This document shows positions 44,952 to 55,501 of a stretch of DNA of 64,000 nucleotides, piece by piece. A program made the translations under genes and the position numbers. The notes beneath the pieces were generated by a model, which saw only the letters and a program-made list of their open reading frames with translations, searched no databases and was not told the origin of the DNA. The DNA lies in the NCBI GenBank assembly GCA_000146045.2, contig BK006949.2, positions 320,001 through 384,000 of the forward strand. The letters are read 5' to 3'. The stretch comes from TPA_inf: Saccharomyces (taxonomy: Eukaryota). Within the stretch, counting starts at the first letter, position 1, and each line of letters begins with the position of its first letter.

Positions 44952-46430
44952 ATGCTCGAATTACGAAGTTGTAGTAATTTGGTCAATAGTAGTAGGAGAC
45001 TTGTGCCTCTGGTGACTTATTCCGGACTAAGTGCAATAACATTGCCTAAATCTCGATTTTATTCACAGCCTAGTGCTTTAGAAGTACAGGGCACATCGGA
45101 TTCTCGAAGCGATAATATTTTAGACGAACTCAAACAAAGGGGTCTAGTGTCCCAGGTCTCACAGCCAGAGAGTTTCCTTCGGACGAAGTTGAACGGTAAC
45201 GATAAGATCAAATTATACTGCGGGGTGGATCCCACAGCTCAGTCACTTCATTTGGGAAATCTAGTTCCACTAATGGTTTTATTACACTTTTACGTAAAAG
45301 GTCACGACATTGTCACTGTGATAGGTGGAGCTACAGGGAAAGTTGGGGACCCAAGTGGTAGGAAAACAGAAAGAGACGTTATGGAGAACGATATTAGGCA
45401 AAGCAATGTGGCATCCATCTCGCAGCAATTACAAAGGTTTTTCAAAAATGGCCTAGAATATTACAGAAACCGATGTGCTCTCACTGAAGATGTACCTTCC
45501 GGAAAATATACACCAAGGAATAATTTCAACTGGTGGAAAGACATCAAAATGTTGGATTTCTTAGCTGATTTTGGTAGGCACATTCGGGTACAATCTATGT
45601 TGGCGAGGGATTCAATTTCTTCGAGGCTTCAAACCAAAAATGGTCTGGGATTTAACGAATTTACTTACCAAGTTTTACAAGCGTACGATTTTTACCATTT
45701 GTATAAGGAAGAGAATGTGACTATACAAGTAGGTGGTAACGACCAATGGGGAAATATAACAGCCGGTATCGATCTCATCAATAGGATACAGCCTATAAAG
45801 AATAAGGGTTTGCCATTTGGTATCACTGTGCCCTTGTTGACGACGGCTACAGGAGAGAAATTTGGGAAAAGTGCAGGCAATGCTGTTTTTATTGACCCCT
45901 CAATCAATACGGCGTATGATGTTTACCAGTTCTTTTATAATACTTTGGATGCTGATGTACCCAAGTTCTTGAAGATCTTTACGTTTTTAAACTCAAGTGA
46001 AATCAAAAAAATTGTGGAAACGCATATCAAATCACCCAGTCTACGTTATGGCCAAACTTTATTGGCTAAAGAAGTCACAGATATGTTATATGGAGTTGGC
46101 TCCGGATCGGATTCAGAAGCGCTTTCTAATATTATTTTTGGACGTTATGACGGAACTTTATCTGCTGCGAAGTTAGTTGATCTATGTAAAAAAGCCAGAA
46201 TTTTGCAGTATGCTGATAGAGAGATTGACTTAATAAAGTTAATTTGTAAACTAGTAAATTGTTCAGTATCAGAAGCCAGAAGAAAACTTTCCCAGGGAAG
46301 CGTGTATCTGCATCATTCAAAATCTAAAGTAAACGAAAATATTTCTAACTTGGCTCCTTTCCTGATAGATGATCGAGTACTGATCTTGAGGATAGGAAAG
46401 CAGAAGTGTTTTATAATAGAAATGCGTTAA
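44952..46430 (+). CDS. MSY1: Mitochondrial tyrosyl-tRNA synthetase Msy1 (YPL097W), 492 aa
   Basis: 492-aa ORF. Class I aaRS motifs are present: HIGH-like (SLHLGNLV) and KMSKS (KFGKSAGNAV). Confidence 0.88.
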   Translation: MLELRSCSNLVNSSRRLVPLVTYSGLSAITLPKSRFYSQPSALEVQGTSDSRSDNILDELKQRGLVSQVSQPESFLRTKLNGNDKIKLYCGVDPTAQSLHLGNLVPLMVLLHFYVKGHDIVTVIGGATGKVGDPSGRKTERDVMENDIRQSNVASISQQLQRFFKNGLEYYRNRCALTEDVPSGKYTPRNNFNWWKDIKMLDFLADFGRHIRVQSMLARDSISSRLQTKNGLGFNEFTYQVLQAYDFYHLYKEENVTIQVGGNDQWGNITAGIDLINRIQPIKNKGLPFGITVPLLTTATGEKFGKSAGNAVFIDPSINTAYDVYQFFYNTLDADVPKFLKIFTFLNSSEIKKIVETHIKSPSLRYGQTLLAKEVTDMLYGVGSGSDSEALSNIIFGRYDGTLSAAKLVDLCKKARILQYADREIDLIKLICKLVNCSVSEARRKLSQGSVYLHHSKSKVNENISNLAPFLIDDRVLILRIGKQKCFIIEMR

Positions 46431-46528
46431 AAAAAAGGGAGGTATATAAAGTACATGTATAAAATAGGCATGCGTGAGGTGATATTATATCATTTTATGC
46501 ACTGACTTGTAAATAAGATTATAAACGA

Positions 46529-46735
46529 TTATTCATCTTTACTACTTGCGAACATTTCACTGTCACACCAGGCTATGAGGGCCCACAGCCAGAGAGTCGC
46601 AGGGCATAGCAGTAATACACACCAGTAGTGCAGGAAAGAGTCATTGTTGCGTAACCAGTAAAATGTAGCAAGACTAATTAGGAGTACCGAGTAAGTAAAC
46701 CCTAAAACCAAAAAGCCTTGGTCACGTGGTCTCAT
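46529..46735 (-). CDS. ERI1: Small ER membrane protein Eri1 (YPL096C-A), a GPI-GnT subunit and Ras2 inhibitor, 68 aa
   Basis: The first ATG is at 46733-46735 (MRPRDQGFLVLGFTYSVLLISLATFYWL...), giving 68 aa with two TM helices. The track ORF starts 6 codons upstream at a TTG. Confidence 0.75.
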   Translation of the reverse strand: MRPRDQGFLVLGFTYSVLLISLATFYWLRNNDSFLHYWCVLLLCPATLWLWALIAWCDSEMFASSKDE

Positions 46736-46926
46736 GCGCTTATAAATTCTCAATCATGTAATTGAAACAGTCCTGTTGCCTAGTTTCAACTGTTCTATGC
46801 TTCTTGATGTTTTCGAAACTTTGCGTAGTGTAATCTTCCTTGTATTGTAGCGAAGAAAAAAGGATGCGTTGGGAACAGATATAGAAGACGTAAAACAACC
46901 TGAAGAAGGTAACAGGTGGAGTAGCA

Positions 46927-48018
46927 ATGGGAGAGGTATACGAAAAAAATAACATAGATTTTGATTCAATAGCCAAAATGTTGTTAATTAAGTATAAGGA
47001 TTTCATACTGTCTAAATTCAAGAAAGCTGCACCTGTAGAGAATATAAGGTTTCAGAATTTAGTCCATACAAATCAATTCGCACAAGGAGTCCTAGGTCAG
47101 AGTCAACATCTCTGTACAGTCTATGACAATCCTTCATGGCATTCTATAGTCCTGGAGACATTGGATCTGGATCTAATATATAAAAATGTTGATAAGGAAT
47201 TTGCCAAAGATGGGCATGCAGAGGGGGAAAATATATACACGGATTATCTAGTAAAGGAGCTGCTTCGCTACTTCAAACAAGATTTTTTCAAATGGTGCAA
47301 TAAACCAGATTGTAATCATTGTGGCCAGAACACTTCAGAAAATATGACACCTCTGGGCAGTCAAGGGCCCAATGGAGAGGAATCTAAATTCAATTGCGGA
47401 ACTGTTGAGATCTATAAATGCAACCGATGCGGAAATATCACTAGATTTCCTCGTTATAACGATCCAATTAAGTTGCTGGAAACTAGAAAGGGAAGATGCG
47501 GTGAATGGTGCAATTTATTTACTTTGATTTTGAAGTCGTTTGGGTTAGATGTTCGCTACGTCTGGAATAGAGAAGATCATGTTTGGTGTGAATATTTTTC
47601 AAATTTTTTGAATAGGTGGGTTCATGTCGACTCCTGTGAGCAATCATTCGACCAACCATATATCTATTCAATTAACTGGAACAAGAAAATGAGTTACTGT
47701 ATTGCGTTCGGTAAAGATGGCGTTGTTGACGTTAGTAAACGCTATATCCTCCAAAACGAGCTGCCCAGAGATCAAATCAAGGAAGAAGATTTAAAATTCC
47801 TTTGTCAATTTATAACGAAGAGGTTGAGGTATTCGTTAAATGATGACGAGATATACCAACTTGCATGTCGCGATGAGCAGGAACAGATAGAGCTGATTAG
47901 AGGAAAGACACAAGAAACGAAATCCGAAAGCGTCAGTGCCGCTTCGAAATCATCTAATCGTGGTAGAGAAAGTGGATCGGCGGATTGGAAAGCACAGCGT
48001 GGGGAGGATGGTAAATAG
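46927..48018 (+). CDS. PNG1: Peptide:N-glycanase Png1 (YPL096W), 363 aa
   Basis: 363-aa ORF. It has a transglutaminase-like core with the catalytic Cys (GRCGEWCNLF) and a CxxC...CxxC zinc-binding motif. Confidence 0.9.
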   Translation: MGEVYEKNNIDFDSIAKMLLIKYKDFILSKFKKAAPVENIRFQNLVHTNQFAQGVLGQSQHLCTVYDNPSWHSIVLETLDLDLIYKNVDKEFAKDGHAEGENIYTDYLVKELLRYFKQDFFKWCNKPDCNHCGQNTSENMTPLGSQGPNGEESKFNCGTVEIYKCNRCGNITRFPRYNDPIKLLETRKGRCGEWCNLFTLILKSFGLDVRYVWNREDHVWCEYFSNFLNRWVHVDSCEQSFDQPYIYSINWNKKMSYCIAFGKDGVVDVSKRYILQNELPRDQIKEEDLKFLCQFITKRLRYSLNDDEIYQLACRDEQEQIELIRGKTQETKSESVSAASKSSNRGRESGSADWKAQRGEDGK

Positions 48019-48070
48019 AGAAATAAAAGAACAGATTATTATGTGTAAGGAATTTTATCTAAGAACATAT

Positions 48071-49441
48071 TTATAAAACTAACTCATCAAAGCTGCCCAA
48101 GAACTCGGCAGCTTGCTTTGTTAACCAGGAATTACTTTCATTGTCGAGATAAGCCAAATGTCCACCCAAGTCAGTCTCGCATAACAACACACAAGGATTT
48201 TCTCTAGCTTGTTTGTACGGAATTACGTTTTCACCTGTAACTGGATCATCCGTTGCGTTGATTATTAAAGTTGGGATTTTGATATTAGGCAATCTATTTA
48301 TCGAACTGGCCTTTCTATAATATGTTAACCCGTCCGGCAGGCCCATCGATGGGGCAGTGAAAAGATTATCGAATTCTAATATGTCTGTAAATTTTTCAGC
48401 CTTTTCCAAATTTTCTCTGGTATACGTATAAAAGACTGGTTTCTCAACTGTCGGTTTGTGCGAAACCTCAAAATTCTCTGGTACCTGCAACTCATTCATA
48501 TTAACCTTGACAGTCCTTGTTAGAAATTGTGTTAAAGTTCTAGAAAAAATATGGTTGGACCACCAATCATGAGCCAACTTGTCCCAAGTGTGTACGAAAT
48601 CCCATGGGTTTGAGAGAGCGACTGCAGCATTTAATGGACAGTTATCTCCTTCTTCACCTAAGTAGTTCGTTAGCATGGCTGCTCCAAATGATGTTCCGAC
48701 TGCATATATTTTTCTTTGCGGAAATAGAGCTTTTTGGTGGTTCAAAAATTCTCTCACATCACCTGTGTGTAATGCGGTAAAGATTCTACGGGTGGTGACT
48801 TTAGATCTTGAGCAACCTCTAGCATTAAGGACTACCACTTGGAATTTACCGTCACCGACTTTTGATAGATCTTCAGATAATGCCCTGATGAGAGGCTCAT
48901 GGCTTCCCCCTGCAAGACCATGAAGTACTACCACTAAAGGGTAAGAATAACCCTTAGAATGACATTTTTCAAGTTCCTCAGAGGATAGATATCTAGTTCT
49001 CGGGTGAAGACGAGGCCAACCCTTTGGATGGGTGGCCTTTTCATCGTTCGAAAATTGTTTCTCGTTAAAACTAGCCTTTTCAGCATTTAATGAATATGTT
49101 TGCTCCCATTCAGGCATAACCCAATCTGCAGTGCAGACCCCTCCATCAGAAAATTTTATAATCTCTCTTCCATAAAATACCTGAAATTTTTTGGAAAAAT
49201 CACCGGCTGACAAATAAAGGGTCTGTAAGTAACCTGTGAAAAGCAAGCTGTTTAACCTAAAATTTGCACCATCTTTGAGTGTAGGCACGTGTTTGGTTAC
49301 GAATTCATGAAGAGGAATTTGGCGCTTAGAATCTCTGAAAGCCAAAGACTTGGTTCCTTTCTCTCCCAGTACATGTTTGACGGTGCCGTTATAGCCCCAA
49401 TGGCTAGGAGTGACAGTTGGATAGTAACCCGAGCGAAACAT
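48071..49441 (-). CDS. EEB1: Acyl-CoA:ethanol O-acyltransferase / esterase Eeb1 (YPL095C), alpha/beta hydrolase, 456 aa
   Basis: The first ATG is at 49439-49441 ([19 protein letters not shown]). An alpha/beta-hydrolase nucleophile elbow is present (GTSFGA). The track ORF extends 18 codons upstream from a non-ATG start. Confidence 0.85.
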
Positions 49442-49838
49442 TAAAATGACAAATATGAAAATACTTGATATCTTGATCTTTTTGCTAATCTTCAAAAATA
49501 CCGAAAACTAAGTAGGCAACCAGATGCAGAACCCTTCTTATATAATCGATTCCTGTAAGCAAGTGTCAGCAAATAGCTTCTATATAGAGACCTTTCGGTG
49601 AAAGTATATTAAAGCCGGCCGGAAATTGAGTAATAATAACCGCTAATTATGCGGTGTGTGGATTCAGATTTTTGCCAGGAGCGATAACCTTCAAATCTAA
49701 AACTACTCACTATAAGCGATGAAGCAACCAGATGGTAGCGCTTTGGTGCCGGTTCTCTTGAAGGTTTGTACATGTGCGAGTTCATGAGGTTACAATATAG
49801 AAGGTTTATACAGTAGAGCTATACAGGATAATGGAAGT

Positions 49839-50663
49839 TCAGTTTTGTTCGGCTTTTTCATTGATGGCTTTCTTCTTATTGCTTTCTCTCTTGGCTTGTT
49901 TCTTCTTCATTCTTTTCAGTTTCTTTTTGTAACTATAAGTATCCTTCTCACCAAAACCGTAAAGTGGCTTAAAACTCTCTAGTACACCGCAATCTTCGAA
50001 CAGGTTGGGAAAGATCCAGAACCCACCAACATCTTTGTAGACAATTAATGACAAAACATATAATATCAATCTCAGGATAGCGACAGCAAAGAAGCCTGCT
50101 AAGATGCCGAAGGCACCCAGAGACACATAATAGGAGCCGCGTCTCATGGAGCGCGGCCACAATGGGTAGCATACGAGCGCCAATATGATGGACACGACAC
50201 CAATGACGATCAAGTAATCCATGTAGGTTCTAGGGTTATAGTTCCAAACAAAGTATTCATCGGCTTCCAATTGTGCTTTATTCGAAACAATCAAGTGCGG
50301 AAAGTCCTTGCTTGGCTTCAATCCATGCTCTTTGCATTCTTGACTATGCAATTTTTTCACTGGGATCACCATTTGTGCCTTTATAAGTTGAATAAAGATT
50401 TCACGTGACTTAAGCTGGTCTTCGATCTTGTTAGAAGGTATAGTTGGATATATCTCTGGCTGTCTTGCAGATTTGTTGGCATACTCCTCAGAATGCAGTG
50501 CCCTAACAAATCTCTTGTAACGGAAGAAGTCTGTCTGCTTGGCCTGGAATAAACCCTGCCTTTGCTTCAACTCCTTATGGTTGCGTAAAAGAGTAGCAAT
50601 GGCTGTAGCAGATCCGCCATTGACACTAGCACCTGCATTGCTACCTGGACCTACGGCTGACAT
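49839..50663 (-). CDS. SEC62: ER translocon subunit Sec62 (YPL094C), 274 aa
   Basis: The first ATG is at 50661-50663 ([34 protein letters not shown]). It has two TM helices and a basic C-terminus. The track extension to 50858 arises from a non-ATG start. Confidence 0.9.
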   Translation of the reverse strand: MSAVGPGSNAGASVNGGSATAIATLLRNHKELKQRQGLFQAKQTDFFRYKRFVRALHSEEYANKSARQPEIYPTIPSNKIEDQLKSREIFIQLIKAQMVIPVKKLHSQECKEHGLKPSKDFPHLIVSNKAQLEADEYFVWNYNPRTYMDYLIVIGVVSIILALVCYPLWPRSMRRGSYYVSLGAFGILAGFFAVAILRLILYVLSLIVYKDVGGFWIFPNLFEDCGVLESFKPLYGFGEKDTYSYKKKLKRMKKKQAKRESNKKKAINEKAEQN

Positions 50664-50832
50664 GTTCTCCTGTGTTTGCTCGGCTACCATACTGCATTCA
50701 ACTGCAATTATAAAAGCCCACTCTTCTCCCTCTTGATTTGTATGCCAGTATTGGGAAAACGACACGTCTATTCCGTCGCACACGATCTTCACTTTCTTTT
50801 TTTTTTTCAACTGAACGAAAAGTTTTTTCCGC

Positions 50833-50855
50833 AGCTCATCGCAAAGAAAAATTTT
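50833..50855. promoter_or_regulatory. PAC (GCGATGAGCT, reverse orientation) plus RRPE (AAAAATTTT) ribosome-biogenesis promoter elements upstream of NOG1
   Basis: AGCTCATCGC at 50833-50842 and AAAAATTTT at 50847-50855. They lie 120-145 bp upstream of the NOG1 ATG, in the SEC62/NOG1 divergent region. Confidence 0.7.
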
Positions 50856-50977
50856 CACCTATGTACTACCTCATCTAATACAATATAAAGAATACACTTC
50901 AGATTTAGGAGTTGCAGCGTTTATAAAAAAGTAAGTGTACCCTCCAAAAGCAAACACATCTCCCTCCTATACCGAAG

Positions 50978-52921
50978 ATGCAACTTTCATGGAAGGATAT
51001 CCCTACTGTCGCTCCAGCAAATGATTTGCTGGATATTGTCTTGAACAGAACCCAGAGAAAGACACCAACTGTGATCAGACCTGGTTTCAAGATTACAAGA
51101 ATCAGAGCGTTCTATATGCGTAAAGTTAAATACACAGGTGAAGGTTTCGTGGAAAAATTTGAGGACATTTTAAAGGGTTTTCCTAACATCAATGACGTGC
51201 ATCCTTTCCATAGAGATTTGATGGACACCCTATACGAAAAGAATCATTACAAGATATCTTTGGCAGCTATATCTCGTGCGAAGTCCCTTGTGGAACAAGT
51301 CGCCAGAGATTATGTCAGATTGCTAAAATTCGGTCAATCTTTATTTCAATGTAAACAATTGAAAAGGGCCGCTTTAGGTAGAATGGCAACTATAGTCAAG
51401 AAATTGAGGGACCCATTGGCCTATTTGGAACAAGTCAGACAGCACATTGGTAGATTACCATCGATCGACCCAAATACCAGAACCTTGCTGATCTGTGGTT
51501 ATCCAAATGTCGGTAAGTCCTCGTTTTTGAGATGCATTACCAAATCAGACGTCGATGTTCAACCATATGCTTTCACAACCAAGAGTTTATACGTTGGTCA
51601 TTTTGACTACAAATACTTGAGATTTCAAGCTATTGACACCCCTGGTATCCTAGATAGACCCACTGAAGAAATGAACAACATTGAAATGCAATCGATTTAT
51701 GCCATTGCCCATTTACGTTCTTGTGTTTTGTACTTCATGGATCTTTCCGAACAATGTGGTTTCACCATCGAAGCTCAAGTTAAACTATTCCACTCCATCA
51801 AGCCTCTATTCGCCAACAAGTCTGTCATGGTTGTTATCAACAAAACCGACATTATCAGACCGGAGGATTTAGACGAAGAGCGTGCACAATTACTGGAATC
51901 TGTTAAGGAGGTTCCAGGTGTTGAAATCATGACTTCTTCATGCCAACTGGAAGAAAACGTTATGGAAGTTAGAAACAAAGCATGTGAAAAACTATTGGCT
52001 TCTAGAATTGAGAATAAGTTGAAATCTCAGTCTAGAATCAACAATGTTCTGAACAAGATTCATGTTGCTCAACCTCAAGCAAGAGATGATGTCAAGAGAA
52101 CACCATTTATCCCAGAATCTGTCAAGAATTTGAAGAAATACGACCCTGAAGATCCAAACAGGAGAAAGTTGGCCAGAGACATCGAAGCTGAAAATGGTGG
52201 TGCTGGTGTCTTCAATGTTAACTTGAAGGACAAGTACCTATTAGAAGATGATGAGTGGAAGAATGACATCATGCCAGAAATCTTGGATGGTAAGAATGTT
52301 TATGATTTCTTGGACCCTGAAATCGCTGCTAAACTGCAGGCTCTTGAAGAAGAAGAAGAAAAATTGGAGAACGAAGGGTTCTACAATTCTGACGATGAGG
52401 AAGAAATCTACGACGGTTTCGAAGCATCCGAAGTAGATGATATCAAGGAGAAAGCTGCATGGATTAGAAATAGACAAAAGACGATGATTGCTGAAGCAAG
52501 AAATAGGAAGTCCTTGAAGAACAAAGCTATCATGCCACGTTCTAAACTAACTAAGTCCTTTGGTAAAATGGAAGAACACATGTCCACTTTGGGCCATGAC
52601 ATGTCAGCCTTACAAGATAAACAGAACCGTGCTGCTCGTAAGAACCGTTATGTTGAAAGAGGTTCTGATGTTGTTTTTGGCGACCAAGATGCTTTGACAG
52701 CTTCCACTGAAAACGGTGTCAAGTTGAGACAAACCGATAGACTGTTGGATGGTGTTGCTGATGGCTCCATGAGATCCAAGGCCGACAGGATGGCCAAGAT
52801 GGAAAGAAGAGAAAGAAATAGACATGCCAAGCAAGGTGAATCTGATAGACACAATGCTGTTTCCTTATCAAAGCATTTATTCAGTGGTAAGCGTGGTGTC
52901 GGTAAGACAGATTTCCGTTGA
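50978..52921 (+). CDS. NOG1: Nucleolar GTPase Nog1 (YPL093W), 60S biogenesis, 647 aa
   Basis: 647-aa ORF. GTPase P-loop is present (GYPNVGKSS), with a DTPG G3 motif and a K/E-rich C-terminal tail. Confidence 0.92.
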   Translation: MQLSWKDIPTVAPANDLLDIVLNRTQRKTPTVIRPGFKITRIRAFYMRKVKYTGEGFVEKFEDILKGFPNINDVHPFHRDLMDTLYEKNHYKISLAAISRAKSLVEQVARDYVRLLKFGQSLFQCKQLKRAALGRMATIVKKLRDPLAYLEQVRQHIGRLPSIDPNTRTLLICGYPNVGKSSFLRCITKSDVDVQPYAFTTKSLYVGHFDYKYLRFQAIDTPGILDRPTEEMNNIEMQSIYAIAHLRSCVLYFMDLSEQCGFTIEAQVKLFHSIKPLFANKSVMVVINKTDIIRPEDLDEERAQLLESVKEVPGVEIMTSSCQLEENVMEVRNKACEKLLASRIENKLKSQSRINNVLNKIHVAQPQARDDVKRTPFIPESVKNLKKYDPEDPNRRKLARDIEAENGGAGVFNVNLKDKYLLEDDEWKNDIMPEILDGKNVYDFLDPEIAAKLQALEEEEEKLENEGFYNSDDEEEIYDGFEASEVDDIKEKAAWIRNRQKTMIAEARNRKSLKNKAIMPRSKLTKSFGKMEEHMSTLGHDMSALQDKQNRAARKNRYVERGSDVVFGDQDALTASTENGVKLRQTDRLLDGVADGSMRSKADRMAKMERRERNRHAKQGESDRHNAVSLSKHLFSGKRGVGKTDFR

Positions 52922-53352
52922 TTTCTCTACTTCTTATTCTTTCTTTTGCATGTACTTTAAAAAAAATATGAATATAAAATGTGGATGTACGTACACGACA
53001 TTCTAATCTTTTTGGGCTGGTAGGATTACCATTTACATTTGATTATCTCTCTCACTATTAGTGGTTTCTTTTTCTTTCTTTCTCACTTTTTCTGTATCTT
53101 TTTTTTAAAAAAATTTTATTTAATCTGTATAATAATAATAAACCGATTTAAATTATCCAACAAGCCGACCCCTCCATGTTCTACTATTTTTTTGTATGTC
53201 ACTGGATGTATACAAATAATTAAGCATGTGGAAAAAGAAGGGGTGGGATAGCGTCAAGATGACACTTCTACTTTTTTGTGACACATCATCATGCAACCTA
53301 TCGAGTCTCCCACGAGGTTGACAAATAAGAAATTGTTATCGTTTTTGCAGTG

Positions 53353-53360
53353 TATCGTAT
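53353..53360. promoter_or_regulatory. Fzf1-type site (TATCGTAT) in the SSU1 promoter
   Basis: GTGTATCGTATAAGG lies about 435 bp upstream of the SSU1 ATG. Fzf1 is the known activator of SSU1. Confidence 0.4.
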
Positions 53361-53792
53361 AAGGCAACAATAGCGATGTCTCCCATCAATTGACTGATAA
53401 ATTCCTGCAAACTATCATTTTTTTTTTTTCATCCTTGTGCCGCGTCTGTAGCCGAAAATCTGAGAGTGCATGAATCTTAAAAAACAGAAGACTCATCGCC
53501 GTCTTTGGCACATTGGGGTTGTCTTTGACTTCTTTTGCTTATTTTTGCTCACTTTGCTTATTTTACCTATTTAACTAGAGGTTCTAAAAGAATAGCCAAC
53601 CAGCGTGTAGTTCTTATTTCTAATCCTTGTCTTGTTAAGTTGAAACTTGTGATATTGGCTGAACAAATTCTCCGCATTTAGACAACACACAAATTACAGC
53701 TTTCCCCTAGTAACGATTGTTGATTGAGCTCAGACAATACGCGCAATTTAAAAACGTTTTATAGTGTAAGAGAAGACAAGTACAAGAAAAAA

Positions 53793-55169
53793 ATGGTTGC
53801 CAATTGGGTACTTGCTCTTACGAGGCAGTTTGACCCCTTCATGTTTATGATGGTCATGGGTGTCGGCATTTCATCGAATATTCTATATAGCTTCCCATAT
53901 CCTGCAAGGTGGCTAAGAATATGCTCCTACATCATGTTTGCTATCGCTTGCCTTATTTTCATTGCTGTGCAGGCACTACAAATATTACATTTGATTGTCT
54001 ATATTAAGGAGAAAAGCTTCAGAGAATATTTTAATGACTTTTTCAGAAATATGAAGCACAATTTATTTTGGGGTACTTATCCCATGGGGTTAGTTACAAT
54101 TATAAATTTCTTAGGAGCACTCTCGAAAGCGAACACGACGAAGAGCCCCACTAATGCCAGAAATTTGATGATATTTGTTTACGTCTTGTGGTGGTATGAT
54201 CTCGCAGTCTGTCTAGTAATAGCGTGGGGTATCTCGTTTCTCATCTGGCATGACTATTACCCTTTGGAAGGGATTGGGAATTATCCTTCATATAATATCA
54301 AAATGGCATCCGAAAACATGAAAAGTGTATTGCTACTGGATATCATTCCGCTGGTTGTCGTCGCTTCAAGTTGTGGAACATTCACAATGTCAGAAATATT
54401 CTTCCATGCGTTTAATAGAAACATTCAACTGATAACGTTGGTCATATGTGCCTTAACGTGGCTGCATGCCATTATCTTCGTCTTCATACTGATTGCGATA
54501 TACTTCTGGAGTCTTTATATTAATAAGATACCACCAATGACACAGGTTTTCACCTTATTCCTGCTTTTGGGCCCGATGGGCCAAGGAAGTTTTGGAGTCT
54601 TATTGCTTACAGATAATATAAAAAAATATGCGGGCAAATATTACCCAACAGATAACATTACAAGAGAACAAGAGATATTGACTATTGCAGTTCCATGGTG
54701 TTTCAAAATTCTAGGCATGGTTTCTGCTATGGCATTGCTCGCTATGGGCTATTTTTTCACCGTGATTTCTGTCGTTTCAATCCTGTCGTACTACAATAAA
54801 AAAGAGATTGAAAACGAGACAGGAAAAGTGAAGAGAGTTTATACCTTCCACAAAGGTTTTTGGGGGATGACTTTCCCGATGGGTACTATGTCTTTAGGAA
54901 ACGAAGAGTTATATGTGCAGTATAACCAGTACGTTCCCTTATATGCATTTAGAGTCCTAGGAACCATATACGGCGGTGTTTGCGTTTGTTGGTCAATTCT
55001 ATGCCTTTTATGCACATTGCATGAGTATTCTAAAAAGATGCTGCATGCTGCCCGTAAATCTTCATTATTTTCAGAGTCAGGTACGGAAAAGACGACAGTT
55101 TCTCCGTATAACAGCATTGAAAGCGTGGAAGAATCAAACTCGGCTCTAGATTTTACGCGTTTAGCATAA
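53793..55169 (+). CDS. SSU1: Plasma-membrane sulfite efflux pump Ssu1 (YPL092W), TDT family, 458 aa
   Basis: The first ATG is at 53793 (MVANWVLALTRQFDPFMFMMVMGVG). It is a polytopic membrane protein with about 10 TM segments. The track ORF has a 23-codon TTG-initiated extension. Confidence 0.9.
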   Translation: MVANWVLALTRQFDPFMFMMVMGVGISSNILYSFPYPARWLRICSYIMFAIACLIFIAVQALQILHLIVYIKEKSFREYFNDFFRNMKHNLFWGTYPMGLVTIINFLGALSKANTTKSPTNARNLMIFVYVLWWYDLAVCLVIAWGISFLIWHDYYPLEGIGNYPSYNIKMASENMKSVLLLDIIPLVVVASSCGTFTMSEIFFHAFNRNIQLITLVICALTWLHAIIFVFILIAIYFWSLYINKIPPMTQVFTLFLLLGPMGQGSFGVLLLTDNIKKYAGKYYPTDNITREQEILTIAVPWCFKILGMVSAMALLAMGYFFTVISVVSILSYYNKKEIENETGKVKRVYTFHKGFWGMTFPMGTMSLGNEELYVQYNQYVPLYAFRVLGTIYGGVCVCWSILCLLCTLHEYSKKMLHAARKSSLFSESGTEKTTVSPYNSIESVEESNSALDFTRLA

Positions 55170-55301
55170 AATTGTTGGTTTTATACGTACATAATTGGCA
55201 AGCATTTCATGTAGGAGTCTCAATAGATAGTTTAATTCATTTGCACGGCGCTTTGCTGCTTTTGCTTCTTCACGTTGGTTTTCACTATGCCTGATATTTT
55301 T

Positions 55302-55317
55302 TGACGTCACTTAGTAA
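55302..55317. promoter_or_regulatory. CRE/ATF palindrome (TGACGTCA) adjacent to a Yap1 response element (TTAGTAA) in the GLR1 promoter
   Basis: TTTTGACGTCACTTAGTAAGC lies about 185-200 bp upstream of the first GLR1 ATG. GLR1 is a known Yap1 target. Confidence 0.6.
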
Positions 55318-55501
55318 GCACGACCCTTGTCAATTTTTCGAGGATTTCGGAGCTTTCCATTTGGAATCTACTATTAAAATCAGTCTAAAAAAGTATAAGA
55401 AACACTTCTGGTTTTTCTCATGCGCTTCTCACTCTCAGTATATTTTGCTGCTTTCCTTCATATGTATATATATCTATTTACATATTAGTTTACAGAACTT
55501 T

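Noticed and set aside
44734-44974. Two small overlapping ORFs (69 aa minus, 63 aa plus) between MGR2 and MSY1
   Set aside because: They overlap each other in the MGR2/MSY1 divergent promoter. They lack start-codon context and have no conservation signature. I treated them as promoter DNA.
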